Positions 13,633-23,011 of a stretch of DNA of 64,000 bases are shown piece after piece; within the stretch, counting starts at the first letter, position 1; every line of letters starts with the position of its first letter. The notes beneath the pieces were generated by a model, which saw only the letters and a list, made by a program, of their open reading frames with translations, was not told the DNA's origin and searched no databases. Origin of the DNA: a virus; the IMG/VR virus record IMGVR_UViG_3300045988_177154, positions 96,001 to 160,000 of that record. One strand, 5' to 3'. The translations under genes were made by a program, and so were the position numbers.

Positions 13633-14382
13633 ATGAATTATTTAAGTATATGTCAAGAATTAGACAAAGTGAAGAATAGCATCAAGTATCATGAAAGAGA
13701 AATTGAAAAAGATAAATCTAAAGTTGAACAACTAGAAGAATACAAGAAGTTGCTTGAAAATGGTGCTAAACCAGTTTATGTTGAAGCTAAAGAGTTTGTT
13801 AAACCTGTAAATCCTATATTTATTCTCCTTAAAAGCAAATTGTACTTTGAAGAATTAAAGAACGTTTTGTTGTACGATTACAAATCATTAGAGAAAAATC
13901 CAGTAACACTTATCCAAGATGAATGGCATGCTTTCAAGCTTAAGTGGCATTCAACATATACTCGCTCTGATGAAAGTAAAGTTACTTTTCATAAGGATTT
14001 GACAGAGGATTATTACTCAGAATTACTTTTGGAACTAAATAAAATAGATGATTTAAATATTGAAAGAACAGCACAAAGTCTTTCTATAATTCAAAACGGT
14101 CAATTTCCAACTCGTAAACATTCTGGTCAATTTGATTATGGAGTATTAAAGGATATTGTTAGTTTTAAAGTGGAAAAATTTGAAAAAGTTTTACAACTAC
14201 TTAACTTCCCAAAAGAAATAGAAATTTCTCTAGGACGAGTGCTGTATGTTCTTAATGAAGATACTAAGGAATATGAATTACAATTTTTAAACTTGAAAGA
14301 TGAGTTGCCAATAAAGGGGGATTTATGTGGTGATAACAACATTAAAAAACAATGGCCAAATAAAATTTTTACTGAAGATTGA
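13633..14382 (+). CDS. hypothetical protein, paralog family B member 1
   Basis: 249 aa. Alignable to 14867..15622 through an N-terminal coiled-coil (EKxKxEQLEEYKK / KAKLQEEYEK) and the LLNFPKEIEI / LLNFPEQIVI motif. Confidence 0.75.
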   Translation: MNYLSICQELDKVKNSIKYHEREIEKDKSKVEQLEEYKKLLENGAKPVYVEAKEFVKPVNPIFILLKSKLYFEELKNVLLYDYKSLEKNPVTLIQDEWHAFKLKWHSTYTRSDESKVTFHKDLTEDYYSELLLELNKIDDLNIERTAQSLSIIQNGQFPTRKHSGQFDYGVLKDIVSFKVEKFEKVLQLLNFPKEIEISLGRVLYVLNEDTKEYELQFLNLKDELPIKGDLCGDNNIKKQWPNKIFTED

Positions 14383-14788
14383 TGAAGAAAATGACTTGCT
14401 TACAAATAGTTGGGTTGATGAAAGTTTTGAATATCTAGCTAGGGCCGCAAACAAAAAAGATACAGATAGAGATTTAATCTTAACTATCCGAAAAGGATTA
14501 GGACAATTAGAGTACAATATTAAAAAATTAACTTATGAATATAAGGGTCAAGGCAAAAATATTAAAGTTAAGGAATTAGAATTAAGTGATAACTCTAATA
14601 GCGAAACTGAATTAAAAGTCATTTTTGAAAGAAGCTTCGCTATACAAGAAAAGATTTATAACTATCTAAAAGCTCAAATAAACCATGCTCTAAAATCCTA
14701 TAAAGATAAGAGAGCAGAGCTAAAACGTTTTAATCAGCAAGAACTTGAAAATTTAATTAAAAATAACACAAAAGAAAAGAAAGATTAG
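14327..14788 (+). CDS. hypothetical protein
   Basis: GTG start 6 nt after aaaggggg. Overlaps the previous gene by 56 nt in another frame. K/E-rich coiled-coil. Confidence 0.55.
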   Translation: MVITTLKNNGQIKFLLKIDEENDLLTNSWVDESFEYLARAANKKDTDRDLILTIRKGLGQLEYNIKKLTYEYKGQGKNIKVKELELSDNSNSETELKVIFERSFAIQEKIYNYLKAQINHALKSYKDKRAELKRFNQQELENLIKNNTKEKKD

Positions 14789-14808
14789 TTAAAATCTTTC
14801 TTTTTTAT
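14776..14808 (+). terminator. intrinsic terminator
   Basis: aagaaagatt-agttaa-aatctttctt plus a T-run. Confidence 0.7.
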
Positions 14809-14837
14809 TTGACACTTTAATACTTTTATAATACAAT
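14809..14837 (+). promoter_or_regulatory. sigma-A type promoter
   Basis: TTGACA 14809-14814, 17-nt spacer, TACAAT 14832-14837. Confidence 0.65.
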
Positions 14838-14866
14838 AGAAATATAAAGAAAAGAGGGATAAAACA

Positions 14867-15622
14867 ATGAAAAACTATATGGATATTGTAAATTTAGAAA
14901 ATGAGTTGCTTAATAAAAAAGCTAAACTACAAGAAGAATATGAAAAAGAAATGAATGCTATCAATAAAAGATTAGCTGAATATGAAGATTATAAAAATGA
15001 TTTCAAGAATGGAAATGCTGAATTAGTTTTAGCTAAGGAATATGTTGAGCAATATAGACGATTTAACATTTTACTTTACTTTGCTCTTTATATGAATGAC
15101 TTGAAGAAAGTGCTAAAAGAAGATTGGAAAGTACTTCTTGAAAAGAATTTACAATTGCAAGATAATGCTTATGGTGGAGATTGGACTAAATATACTCTAC
15201 TTGTTCAAAAAGGTTATGGAACAAATTATCACCCTAATTTAGGTTCAATTGAATTTTCAAAAAATACACCGTCTGAATATTTTGATACTCTTTATATGGA
15301 GCTAGAAGATAAAGTGATTAAAAATTTAGAAACTGTTAAAGGTAGTGAATATAATTACGCCAATCGGTTCCCTAACAATGACCCGTTCACTTATTTCAAA
15401 TGGTTAGATTATAAATTTGCTTTTAAACTTAAAACAGATGATTATGACTATACTAAATTATTTAAATTGCTTAACTTTCCAGAGCAAATTGTTATCCAAA
15501 ATGATGGACGTAAAGCTATGTATAAGCTAATTGATGATGTTTACGCTTTCCACACTTGGAATTGTGCTACTGAAGAATGGGTAAATGAATATGAAGAATA
15601 TTTGAAAATGAAAGGTAAATAA
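14867..15622 (+). CDS. hypothetical protein, paralog family B member 2
   Basis: 251 aa; RBS agaggga upstream. Paralog of 13633..14382. Confidence 0.8.
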   Translation: MKNYMDIVNLENELLNKKAKLQEEYEKEMNAINKRLAEYEDYKNDFKNGNAELVLAKEYVEQYRRFNILLYFALYMNDLKKVLKEDWKVLLEKNLQLQDNAYGGDWTKYTLLVQKGYGTNYHPNLGSIEFSKNTPSEYFDTLYMELEDKVIKNLETVKGSEYNYANRFPNNDPFTYFKWLDYKFAFKLKTDDYDYTKLFKLLNFPEQIVIQNDGRKAMYKLIDDVYAFHTWNCATEEWVNEYEEYLKMKGK

Positions 15623-15623
15623 A

Positions 15624-15950
15624 ATGATTGAATCATACTTAACAAAAGATGAACAAAATGAGCTAAGACTTGAAGAAATTCCAATTTTAGACAGACCTGA
15701 AACTATAAAATTTGAATTTACTAAAGATAGTACAATCTTTTTACCAGATGAAACAGAATTAAAGATTGAAAAAGTTAATGGTAAATATAAGCCAATTGAT
15801 TTTGATTGGTACTTATCACCAGAAGAAATTACTAATAAAAATATTATGGAACCAAAATATGGTGGAACTTGGATTGATAACAAATTTATTGAAAATAAAG
15901 AATATAAATACTTTATTACTGAACTTGCAGCTCTAGTTGATAGTCTATAA
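15624..15950 (+). CDS. hypothetical protein (108 aa)
   Basis: ATG 1 nt after the upstream stop. Confidence 0.7.
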   Translation: MIESYLTKDEQNELRLEEIPILDRPETIKFEFTKDSTIFLPDETELKIEKVNGKYKPIDFDWYLSPEEITNKNIMEPKYGGTWIDNKFIENKEYKYFITELAALVDSL

Positions 15951-15967
15951 AGAAAGAGAAGTGGAAT

Positions 15968-16909
15968 ATGAAATATAGCAACATGGAAGAATTGAAAGAC
16001 ATTCTTACTCAAAATAAATTCATTAAAGAACCTTATAAAGTAAATTTTAATTTTGATGAAGAGTTTGAAGAAGTAACAATCAAAATCAGTAATAATGATA
16101 AAATGGTTTATGATAAATCTTGTCATATTACTGGTATGTCTGCTCTTCTTAAAAATATTGAAGAAGAAGGCTACCCTATCCTTATTAAAAAATTAAAAGG
16201 CTATGATTCAACATTACCATTAGAAAACATTGGTAAAATCAAATTGAAAGAAGAAGTTATCTTTACCGACCCTTGCTATACGCCAAATGAAGCAAAAGAT
16301 AATAAAGTAAAGATTAAACCAGGTACTTGGAATGTTGCTTATGCACAACTTGGTATTTTCTCAAGTCGGCCTGAATATTTAATTTTATTCCATGAATCAT
16401 TTAACGAAACTCCCAAACGACTAACAAAATTACCTTTTACAATTGGAGTTGATTCTGGGCAACTTGGAATTACTAATGTTTCTGAATATGAGGATATTTA
16501 TAGCCGTAACGCAGAAAGATGGTATGACTACATCTGTGAAAAAACATATAGACACGTTGAAAAGGAACTTCCCCCAGGTTATAAAAAATTAACAAGAAAA
16601 TACAAAGCTACAGATGTATTGTTTTCACGACTTATTGCTATGCAAGATAAAGAATTACTTAGTTCAATTGATAAACTACGTAAGCAAATAAAGGAAATGG
16701 AATTAGAATTGAGAGACTTCTATCCAAATATTCCATACTACACTCATTTGTTTAATGATAACAACAATTATCTCGATTTATCCTTTGAACCTTATGTAAC
16801 TCATAATGCTGTTTGGTCTAGCACAGCATATGGAGATGGTGTTTACCCAGTAAAAGTAGCAAGAAATAAAGATAAAGAAATTATTTATATTAAAGTAGAC
16901 ATGAAATAA
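15968..16909 (+). CDS. hypothetical protein (possible DUF4241-like C-terminal GDGxYP motif)
   Basis: 313 aa. Contains TDPCY, GVDSGQLGI and AYGDGVYPV. The family assignment is from memory only. Confidence 0.7.
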   Translation: MKYSNMEELKDILTQNKFIKEPYKVNFNFDEEFEEVTIKISNNDKMVYDKSCHITGMSALLKNIEEEGYPILIKKLKGYDSTLPLENIGKIKLKEEVIFTDPCYTPNEAKDNKVKIKPGTWNVAYAQLGIFSSRPEYLILFHESFNETPKRLTKLPFTIGVDSGQLGITNVSEYEDIYSRNAERWYDYICEKTYRHVEKELPPGYKKLTRKYKATDVLFSRLIAMQDKELLSSIDKLRKQIKEMELELRDFYPNIPYYTHLFNDNNNYLDLSFEPYVTHNAVWSSTAYGDGVYPVKVARNKDKEIIYIKVDMK

Positions 16910-16927
16910 AATAGGAGATTATAGAAT

Positions 16928-17416
16928 ATGACAAAAAATTTACAAATGACTCAAGCAGAGTATCATTCATTAGAAGAAAAACTTGAAGAACTAAAATTAG
17001 TTAAACGACCTGAAATTATCGAGCGTATCAAAATTGCTCGTAGTTACGGTGACTTATCTGAAAACTCTGAATATGAATCAGCTAAAGATGAGCAAGCATT
17101 CCTTGATACAGAAATTGCTAAATTAGAAGAACGACTACGCTCTGCCCAAATTATTAACATTACTGACACTCAAGAAAATATTGTAAGTATTGGACGAACA
17201 GTAAGAGTATTAGAATCAGATACCAATAAGGAAGTAACTTACAAAATCGTGGGTATTTCTCATGCTGATGCTTTTGAAATGAAGATTACTCAAGAGTCAC
17301 CAATCGGGAAGGCTTTGTTCGGACATACTATTGGAGATACAGTTCATGTATATACTCCAGTACCACAAGAAAGCTATGATTTAACTATTCTTGATGTAAC
17401 TTACTCAAAAGACTAA
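16928..17416 (+). CDS. greA: transcription elongation (transcript cleavage) factor GreA homolog
   Basis: 162 aa. N-terminal coiled-coil with the conserved acidic tip (RSYGDLSENSEYESAKDEQAF) and a C-terminal FKBP-like domain (VSIGRTVRV, ITQESPIGKALFGHTIGDTV). Confidence 0.85.
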   Translation: MTKNLQMTQAEYHSLEEKLEELKLVKRPEIIERIKIARSYGDLSENSEYESAKDEQAFLDTEIAKLEERLRSAQIINITDTQENIVSIGRTVRVLESDTNKEVTYKIVGISHADAFEMKITQESPIGKALFGHTIGDTVHVYTPVPQESYDLTILDVTYSKD

Positions 17417-17527
17417 AACTGATTTTGAACGTTGTTATATCGTCATATAAGCAACGCTAAGACTGTAAAAACTGGATTTCGATAAATGTATCGACTTTAC
17501 GAAAAAACAGCTTAGAGTTGCTTATTT
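17416..17527 (+). repeat. dispersed intergenic repeat, copy 3
   Basis: Contains gttgttatatcgtcatataagcaacgctaa and the palindrome tcgataaatgtatcga (17479-17494). Several aaaac(a/t)g motifs. Confidence 0.85.
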
Positions 17528-17553
17528 TTCCATATAGAAAAGGAGTTTAAAAA

Positions 17554-18645
17554 TTGGAAAAAAGCAGAAAAGAAAAAACGACAGATAAAAAATTGCTTCT
17601 AAAGCGATTTCTCATAGTACTTTTAATCATTCTATCGTGTGGAATGGCTTATTCTTATTACTTAGTAAAAAATGCTGAATCTAAATTGGAAGTAACTTAT
17701 AAACCAATAGAAAATCATGAAGAAAATAAAGTTATCGAAGCTACTAAATCAATGTCTATTCTTTTAATGGGAGTAGATACTGGAAATAGTGAAAGAACAG
17801 AAACATGGGCTGGTAATAGTGATAGCATGCTTGTTATGACTATCAATCCTAAAACAAAGAAAACAACAATTACAAGCTTAGAACGAGATATACTTACAGA
17901 AATTGAACATGATGGAGAAACAATTCAAGCTAAATTAAATGCAGCTTATCAAATGGGTGGAGTTGATTTAGCAATTCCTACTATTGAAAAAATGCTAAAT
18001 ATGAAGTTTGACCATTACTTGTTAATCAATATGAATGGCTTAGCTAAATTAGTCGATGCTGTTGGTGGAGTTGATGTTGAAAATAAATTAGGATTTCCTA
18101 TTACTATCCAAGACCAAGAAGTAGATAATCAAATTGTAATTGGAACAGGTAAACAACACTTAAATGGCGAGGAAGCATTAGTTTATTCAAGAATGAGATA
18201 CCAAGACCCAGAGGGTGATTATGGACGACAAAAACGCCAACGTGAAGTTATCCAAGCTATTATTTCTAAAATGATTTCATTTGATAGCTTAGGTAATTAT
18301 TCTGAAATTCTTGAAGCAATAAGTACTAATATTCAAACAGATATTCCGTTAAATTCAAGCAATGTGATGAATTTATTAGGCTATAAGAGTAGCTTGAACA
18401 ATATTGAACAATTCCAACTTGAAGGTGATGATGCTACTATTGCAGGCATTAGTTATCAAATCGCTAAAGCAGATAGTTTATTAGAAATTCAAAATAGAAT
18501 TAGAGAAGAACTTGGCGAAGATAAAGTAACTAAATTAAAGACAAATGCAGTTATAAATGGAAGTACAAGTCATAAAGATTCAGATGAACCTAAAAGTGTA
18601 AATAATGATGATGATTCATATTTTACTTACAAGAAAGAAGAATAA
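17554..18645 (+). CDS. LytR-CpsA-Psr (LCP) family cell-wall glycopolymer ligase homolog
   Basis: TTG start after aaaggag. N-terminal TM helix. LCP core ILLMGVDTG...SDSMLVMTINP...TSLERD...VYSRMRYQDPEGDYGRQKRQREV. Confidence 0.85.
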   Translation: MEKSRKEKTTDKKLLLKRFLIVLLIILSCGMAYSYYLVKNAESKLEVTYKPIENHEENKVIEATKSMSILLMGVDTGNSERTETWAGNSDSMLVMTINPKTKKTTITSLERDILTEIEHDGETIQAKLNAAYQMGGVDLAIPTIEKMLNMKFDHYLLINMNGLAKLVDAVGGVDVENKLGFPITIQDQEVDNQIVIGTGKQHLNGEEALVYSRMRYQDPEGDYGRQKRQREVIQAIISKMISFDSLGNYSEILEAISTNIQTDIPLNSSNVMNLLGYKSSLNNIEQFQLEGDDATIAGISYQIAKADSLLEIQNRIREELGEDKVTKLKTNAVINGSTSHKDSDEPKSVNNDDDSYFTYKKEE

Positions 18646-18647
18646 GA

Positions 18648-19055
18648 ATGATTTTACGATTTCAAGTACTTGAACATGAAAAAAGACCAAAAGTTATAGA
18701 TTTTGAATTTGATAGCATTAGCAAAGCACTTGATTTTCTTATGAAAGGGCGACCATTATCTGATTTTAATTTTGATGTAAGTCAATACTTGCTTTACACA
18801 AGAGGCAATATTGATAGTATTGTTTATCAAGTAACTCTATTAGATAAAGAGAGTGGAAAGAATATTGCTTTAGAAGATTTGACTTTCGAAGTGATTACTA
18901 GATATATTGATATGCAAGAATTTATTGAAAAGGTTTGTTTAGAAGATGAGTTGGAAGCTTATGCAGAAGAAGCCAAAGAATTATATCCGGGCTCAGCTTC
19001 ACTACTTATGCCAATTCATACTTACAATGGATTACCAACAGAAAGAGTGGTTTAG
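18648..19055 (+). CDS. hypothetical acidic protein (135 aa)
   Basis: Tightly follows the LCP gene. No motif recognised. Confidence 0.7.
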   Translation: MILRFQVLEHEKRPKVIDFEFDSISKALDFLMKGRPLSDFNFDVSQYLLYTRGNIDSIVYQVTLLDKESGKNIALEDLTFEVITRYIDMQEFIEKVCLEDELEAYAEEAKELYPGSASLLMPIHTYNGLPTERVV

Positions 19056-19068
19056 ACCACTCTTATTT
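19041..19068 (+). terminator. intrinsic terminator
   Basis: agagtggt-tta-gaccactct plus tatttt. Confidence 0.65.
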
Positions 19069-19076
19069 TGTTATGG

Positions 19077-19105
19077 TTGACTTTTCATAAATCTTGTTAT
19101 ATAAT
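19077..19105 (+). promoter_or_regulatory. sigma-A type promoter
   Basis: TTGACT 19077-19082, 17-nt spacer, TATAAT 19100-19105. Confidence 0.75.
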
Positions 19106-19139
19106 ACAATAGAAATGAAAGAATAAAGGAGTTTTTAAT

Positions 19140-20102
19140 TTGAAGAAATATTTTATTTTAGGCGCTATGTTATTTAACTTTACTCATACAACAGTTCATG
19201 CAGATTCACCAACTATTCAAGATTCTGCTAAAGGAGAACTATTGTCTGATACTTCTGTTTCAACATTAACAGAATACAAAGAAAAAATTGCTAAACTATC
19301 AGAACTTACAACAAAAGAAAAAGAAGATTTCTTTAAGGAGCTTTATGCAGCTTCATCTAAAAATGATTTTGAAAAAGTTCTAAAAAAAGCTAATTCAAAA
19401 AACAATCAACACGTTATCGAAAGACAACAAAAAGAAAAAATTGCCAAAGAAAAAGTAAAATCAGAAAATGATAAAAAACCTATGCAAGTATTTGAATTGA
19501 CTGCTATTTATGAATCTGGCAATCGTAACCCTGGAGCTATTTTAGGAACACTTGAAGATGGTGCTGGAATGAATTATGGCACATATTCATTAACTCAAAA
19601 ATATACAATGAAACCATATTTAGAATTTTTAAGTAAAAATTATCCTGAGCTACGCTCTCAATTAACAGGTGAAATTAACTCTGATGAATTTAATGCTTCA
19701 TGGAAAGCTTTGGGAGAAACAGAAACAGAAAAATTTAAAGCTTCTCAAGCACAATATATTTTTGAAACTAATATTATGCCCGTATTAGAAAAACTTAAAA
19801 AAGAGACTGGAGTAGATTTCCTAGACGGAACTCACTCAATTGGTTCTATTGGAATGATTTCAGGTATGATTCATAATGCTGGTCACGCATGGTACTCAAT
19901 TATTAAAGAAGCTGCTATTACAACTAAAAATGAATCATCACAATTTAATGATAAAGCATTTGTTGAACGTATTGGCGGTTGGGTAAGAGATAACTACTCT
20001 GGAGTATACTCACAATCAATCCGTAACCGATACTCTAAACAAACACCTCAAGAAAAAGAACGTACAGAACTATTCACTTACACTAAGAAAGAAAATCTAT
20101 AA
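19140..20102 (+). CDS. secreted protein, possible lysozyme-fold (GH46/chitosanase-like) glycoside hydrolase
   Basis: TTG start after aaaggag. Signal peptide MKKYFILGAMLFNFTHTTVHA. The IYESGN...EDGAGMNYGTYSL segment resembles the E-x-S...DG-G-x-T-x-G catalytic region of GH46-type enzymes (a weak, by-eye match). Confidence 0.4.
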   Translation: MKKYFILGAMLFNFTHTTVHADSPTIQDSAKGELLSDTSVSTLTEYKEKIAKLSELTTKEKEDFFKELYAASSKNDFEKVLKKANSKNNQHVIERQQKEKIAKEKVKSENDKKPMQVFELTAIYESGNRNPGAILGTLEDGAGMNYGTYSLTQKYTMKPYLEFLSKNYPELRSQLTGEINSDEFNASWKALGETETEKFKASQAQYIFETNIMPVLEKLKKETGVDFLDGTHSIGSIGMISGMIHNAGHAWYSIIKEAAITTKNESSQFNDKAFVERIGGWVRDNYSGVYSQSIRNRYSKQTPQEKERTELFTYTKKENL

Positions 20103-20116
20103 AAGGAGCTTTAATT

Positions 20117-21103
20117 ATGCTAAAACAAAAAGATAATAAATTTTACATTGGAAAAGAAGAAGTAACACTATTTGCTATTTATTTACCAGATTTATTTACA
20201 GATGTTCCAAGTGATTACTATTTCTATTTTAATCCAAAGAACAATAAATTTGAAATGGCTAGCGATAATAGTTTTGCTTATTGGGCTTCTCAAGTCTTTT
20301 ATGATAGTAGTTTTATTGTTCTTGCTCAATATAAAAAATCAGAACGAATTGATTTAATTAACGATAAAACATTCTTATTTAAGTATTTTTCTGACACAAT
20401 GGATAATGACGAAGACCGCCAAATCTTTTTGGAACATGGTAAAGAAGAAATTGATAAGATTCATGCTTCATATGAAAATATGAAAAGACTTCTTGCTGGA
20501 GTAGGTGCTGGATTATTTGACTCAGAAAAATATATTGTCCAATGGCTGCAGAAAGAATACGGGGAAAATTTAATCTTTAGTATTACTCCAAATGACTATG
20601 GCTATCTATTAAAAATTCATGAATATAATAAAGTTGCACAATATTTACATAAATCTAATTTCAATAAAGACTGGGGAAAGAAAAGAGTCAAAACCGAGTT
20701 AAACAATTTAAAATATGAATTAGCTTTTCAAAGAGCAATTACTCGTTCACTTGAAAGTGTAAAGGAATACGAAAAAGAAATAATCAAAGAAAAAGCTAAA
20801 AATATTTTATCAGATTGCAATATTGGTAAAATCGATAGCATTACAAGTAGAATTGAGAACAACGAAATTATTATGATGGCAAGACTTATCTTATTTAGTG
20901 GTGATTATCTTACTATTCACTTTGCTAAGGATTTTACTATAACACGAATTGCAAAATCAATTAAAGACAAAGGCCAGGAAGAAATTATTGATGGTATTAC
21001 TTATATAAAACCAGGCTCTTTTACAGAAACATTTGCTAATATTAGTACAAAAATCAACTTGGAAGAAACTGATAAATGGTTACCAATTTTGGATAACTTA
21101 TAA
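20117..21103 (+). CDS. hypothetical protein (328 aa)
   Basis: RBS aaaggag upstream. No motif recognised. Confidence 0.75.
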   Translation: MLKQKDNKFYIGKEEVTLFAIYLPDLFTDVPSDYYFYFNPKNNKFEMASDNSFAYWASQVFYDSSFIVLAQYKKSERIDLINDKTFLFKYFSDTMDNDEDRQIFLEHGKEEIDKIHASYENMKRLLAGVGAGLFDSEKYIVQWLQKEYGENLIFSITPNDYGYLLKIHEYNKVAQYLHKSNFNKDWGKKRVKTELNNLKYELAFQRAITRSLESVKEYEKEIIKEKAKNILSDCNIGKIDSITSRIENNEIIMMARLILFSGDYLTIHFAKDFTITRIAKSIKDKGQEEIIDGITYIKPGSFTETFANISTKINLEETDKWLPILDNL

Positions 21104-21122
21104 AAACTTATCTCATTCCTTG

Positions 21123-21151
21123 TTGACAAATCAGTTACTTTATTATATAAT
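21123..21151 (+). promoter_or_regulatory. sigma-A type promoter
   Basis: TTGACA 21123-21128, 17-nt spacer, TATAAT 21146-21151. Confidence 0.75.
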
Positions 21152-21181
21152 ATAACTACAAATCACAAAGGAATGAAAACT

Positions 21182-22351
21182 ATGAACTTATTAGAACAAT
21201 ACAAACAGTTACAGAAAACAAACTTATCAAAAGATGGCGATATGCAGCTAGGTATCGCTTACAAAAAAGAAAATGGATTGACTACAGTAAAATACCTTCA
21301 TGGTGGAGTAGATTTTAATAATCCTTTATATAGACAAGCTCGTGGATTAACACTAGACTTGAATGGAAAAGTAATTTTACGAGGATTTGAAAAATTCTTT
21401 AACTGGAAACAATTAACAGAATATGAAAATTATTCAAAGGAATTTAAAAAAGTATACTCAGAAGTAGAATATATCCCTAATCATAAATATAATTTCTATG
21501 AAAAGTTGGATGGTTCACTAATTCTCTTAGCAGAGTATAAGAATCGTTTTGTAGCTGCAACTACTTCATCATCTTATAATCCATATACTCAAACTGCTCT
21601 TAAATGGTTCCACCAAAAAGAAAACCATAGAGAATTGCTTAACTATCTAAGAGCTAAAAATATTACATTAGCATTTGAATACATTTCAATCAAAAACCCA
21701 ATCGTAATTCATTATACTCATACTGATTACGTTTTAATTGGAGCTCATGAAAACAAAACAGGTAAACGCTACTCACAAGAACAATTAAACAAAATTGCTA
21801 AACGTTTTGGATTTAACCAACCTAAAGTTTTCCAATATACTTTTGAAGAAATTCAAGAAGTTATGAGCAATGCTAAAGATATTGAAGGCTTCGTGCTAGA
21901 AAATACTTATGGAAAACTTATTAAATTTAAAACTGACGAATGGTTCCGCTTGAAAGATTACTACGGTATCTTCTTCGGACCACTAACAAATTCAAAAATT
22001 TCTACAATTATTGAAAGCTATCTTGCTGATGAAATTGATGACCTAATCGCTGTTGAACAACAACACGAACATTACAAACATTTAGGATTGCTTGACACTA
22101 CTCTAACTCATGCTAAATATTTTGAAGATGAAGTTCTAAAAGCTTATAAAGTTACAAAACATTTATCAGACAAAGAACTTGGCTTGAATTGGAAAGATTA
22201 TATGGAATCATATGCTTTGCCATGTGTATTTAATATAAGAAAAGGTGTTGATTGGAGAATACAAAGAAAAGGTGAAGGCCCAGTTACATTAGCATTATTA
22301 GTTCAAACAAAAGTAAAACAAGAAAGAGAGGAAGAATTATTAAATGGATAA
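21182..22351 (+). CDS. RNA ligase-like nucleotidyltransferase (covalent lysine-adenylate superfamily)
   Basis: Start placed at ATG 21182, 9 nt after aaagga. Motif I YEKLDGS, EGFVLE, and motif V-like KLIKFKTDEW. Confidence 0.6.
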   Translation: MNLLEQYKQLQKTNLSKDGDMQLGIAYKKENGLTTVKYLHGGVDFNNPLYRQARGLTLDLNGKVILRGFEKFFNWKQLTEYENYSKEFKKVYSEVEYIPNHKYNFYEKLDGSLILLAEYKNRFVAATTSSSYNPYTQTALKWFHQKENHRELLNYLRAKNITLAFEYISIKNPIVIHYTHTDYVLIGAHENKTGKRYSQEQLNKIAKRFGFNQPKVFQYTFEEIQEVMSNAKDIEGFVLENTYGKLIKFKTDEWFRLKDYYGIFFGPLTNSKISTIIESYLADEIDDLIAVEQQHEHYKHLGLLDTTLTHAKYFEDEVLKAYKVTKHLSDKELGLNWKDYMESYALPCVFNIRKGVDWRIQRKGEGPVTLALLVQTKVKQEREEELLNG

Positions 22352-22841
22352 GATTATTAACAATATGAGATACACTGACACTCATGTTTATTTCTTTACG
22401 GACCAAGCTCCGTTTTCAAACTTTTATAAAACAAGATTTTATTATAAGGGATATAACTTGCAATTTTCTGAGCAAGGATTTATGATTGAGAAAGCATTGT
22501 TATTTGATAATAGCAAAGCGAGTTTAATCGCTTATGAAAAACACCCTTATCAAGTTAAAATGCTTGGCCGTAAAGTGAGAAATTACAATGAAGCAAAATG
22601 GAATGAAGTACGTTATGATAAAATGGTAGAAGTGCTTCGTGCTAAATTTTCTCAAAATGAAGATTTGAAACAAATCTTACTTGAAACAGGTGACCGTATT
22701 CTAGTCGAAGGCTCTCCTTATGATAAGATTTGGGGCGTAAAAATCGACTGGAAAGATGATAAAATTCTTGACGAAAAGAATTATAAAGGAATGAACTTGT
22801 TAGGTAAGGCACTTATGCAAGTCAGAAGCGAGCTTAAATAG
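22344..22841 (+). CDS. NADAR (YbiA/DUF1768) family ADP-ribose-processing protein
   Basis: Motifs FFTDQAPFSNFY, FSEQGFMIEKA, MLGRKVRNYNEAKW, LVEGSPYDKIWGV. The start overlaps the ligase stop by 8 nt. Confidence 0.85.
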   Translation: MDKIINNMRYTDTHVYFFTDQAPFSNFYKTRFYYKGYNLQFSEQGFMIEKALLFDNSKASLIAYEKHPYQVKMLGRKVRNYNEAKWNEVRYDKMVEVLRAKFSQNEDLKQILLETGDRILVEGSPYDKIWGVKIDWKDDKILDEKNYKGMNLLGKALMQVRSELK

Positions 22842-22945
22842 ATTTTGAGGGTCGATATATCGTCACTAGCGAAACGCTAAGATAGTTAAAACTGAATTTC
22901 GATAAATGTATCGACTTAACGAAAAAACAGCTCAGAAACAGTTTT
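22841..22945 (+). repeat. dispersed intergenic repeat, copy 4
   Basis: Contains atatatcgtcactagcgaaacgctaa and tcgataaatgtatcga. Followed by a terminator. Confidence 0.8.
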
Positions 22946-22946
22946 A

Positions 22947-22980
22947 AAGAGAGTTACTAAATAGAGCAACTCTCTTTTTC
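22947..22980 (+). terminator. intrinsic terminator
   Basis: agagagtt-actaaatagagc-aactctct plus a T-run. Confidence 0.75.
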
Positions 22981-22982
22981 AT

Positions 22983-23011
22983 TTGACTTTTTAGGTAAGA
23001 TATTGTAAAAT
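22983..23011 (+). promoter_or_regulatory. sigma-A type promoter
   Basis: TTGACT 22983-22988, 17-nt spacer, TG-adjacent TAAAAT 23006-23011. Confidence 0.6.

Noticed and set aside
13633-14788. Programmed frameshift fusing 13633..14382 with the overlapping 14327..14788
   Set aside because: The paralog 14867..15622 has the same length as 13633..14382 and its own stop codon. The downstream ORF has its own RBS (aaaggggg) and GTG start. No slippery heptamer was seen in the 56-nt overlap.
15527-16126. 199-aa minus-strand ORF, the longest antisense ORF in the window
   Set aside because: It is completely overlapped by three well-supported + strand genes with RBSs. Its sequence is F/I/S-rich low complexity, as expected from the antisense of AT-rich coding DNA, and it has no RBS. 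The same reasoning applies to the other short antisense or alternative-frame ORFs: 1223, 6068, 13243, 14136, 14323, 20172, 24565, 25660, 25850, 27776, 27861, 29672, 30644, 30847, 31891, 35265, 37054, 37266, 37336, 37799, 39328, 45538, 48316, 49423, 54273, 57361, 58722, 58903, 59407, 60576 and 61595.
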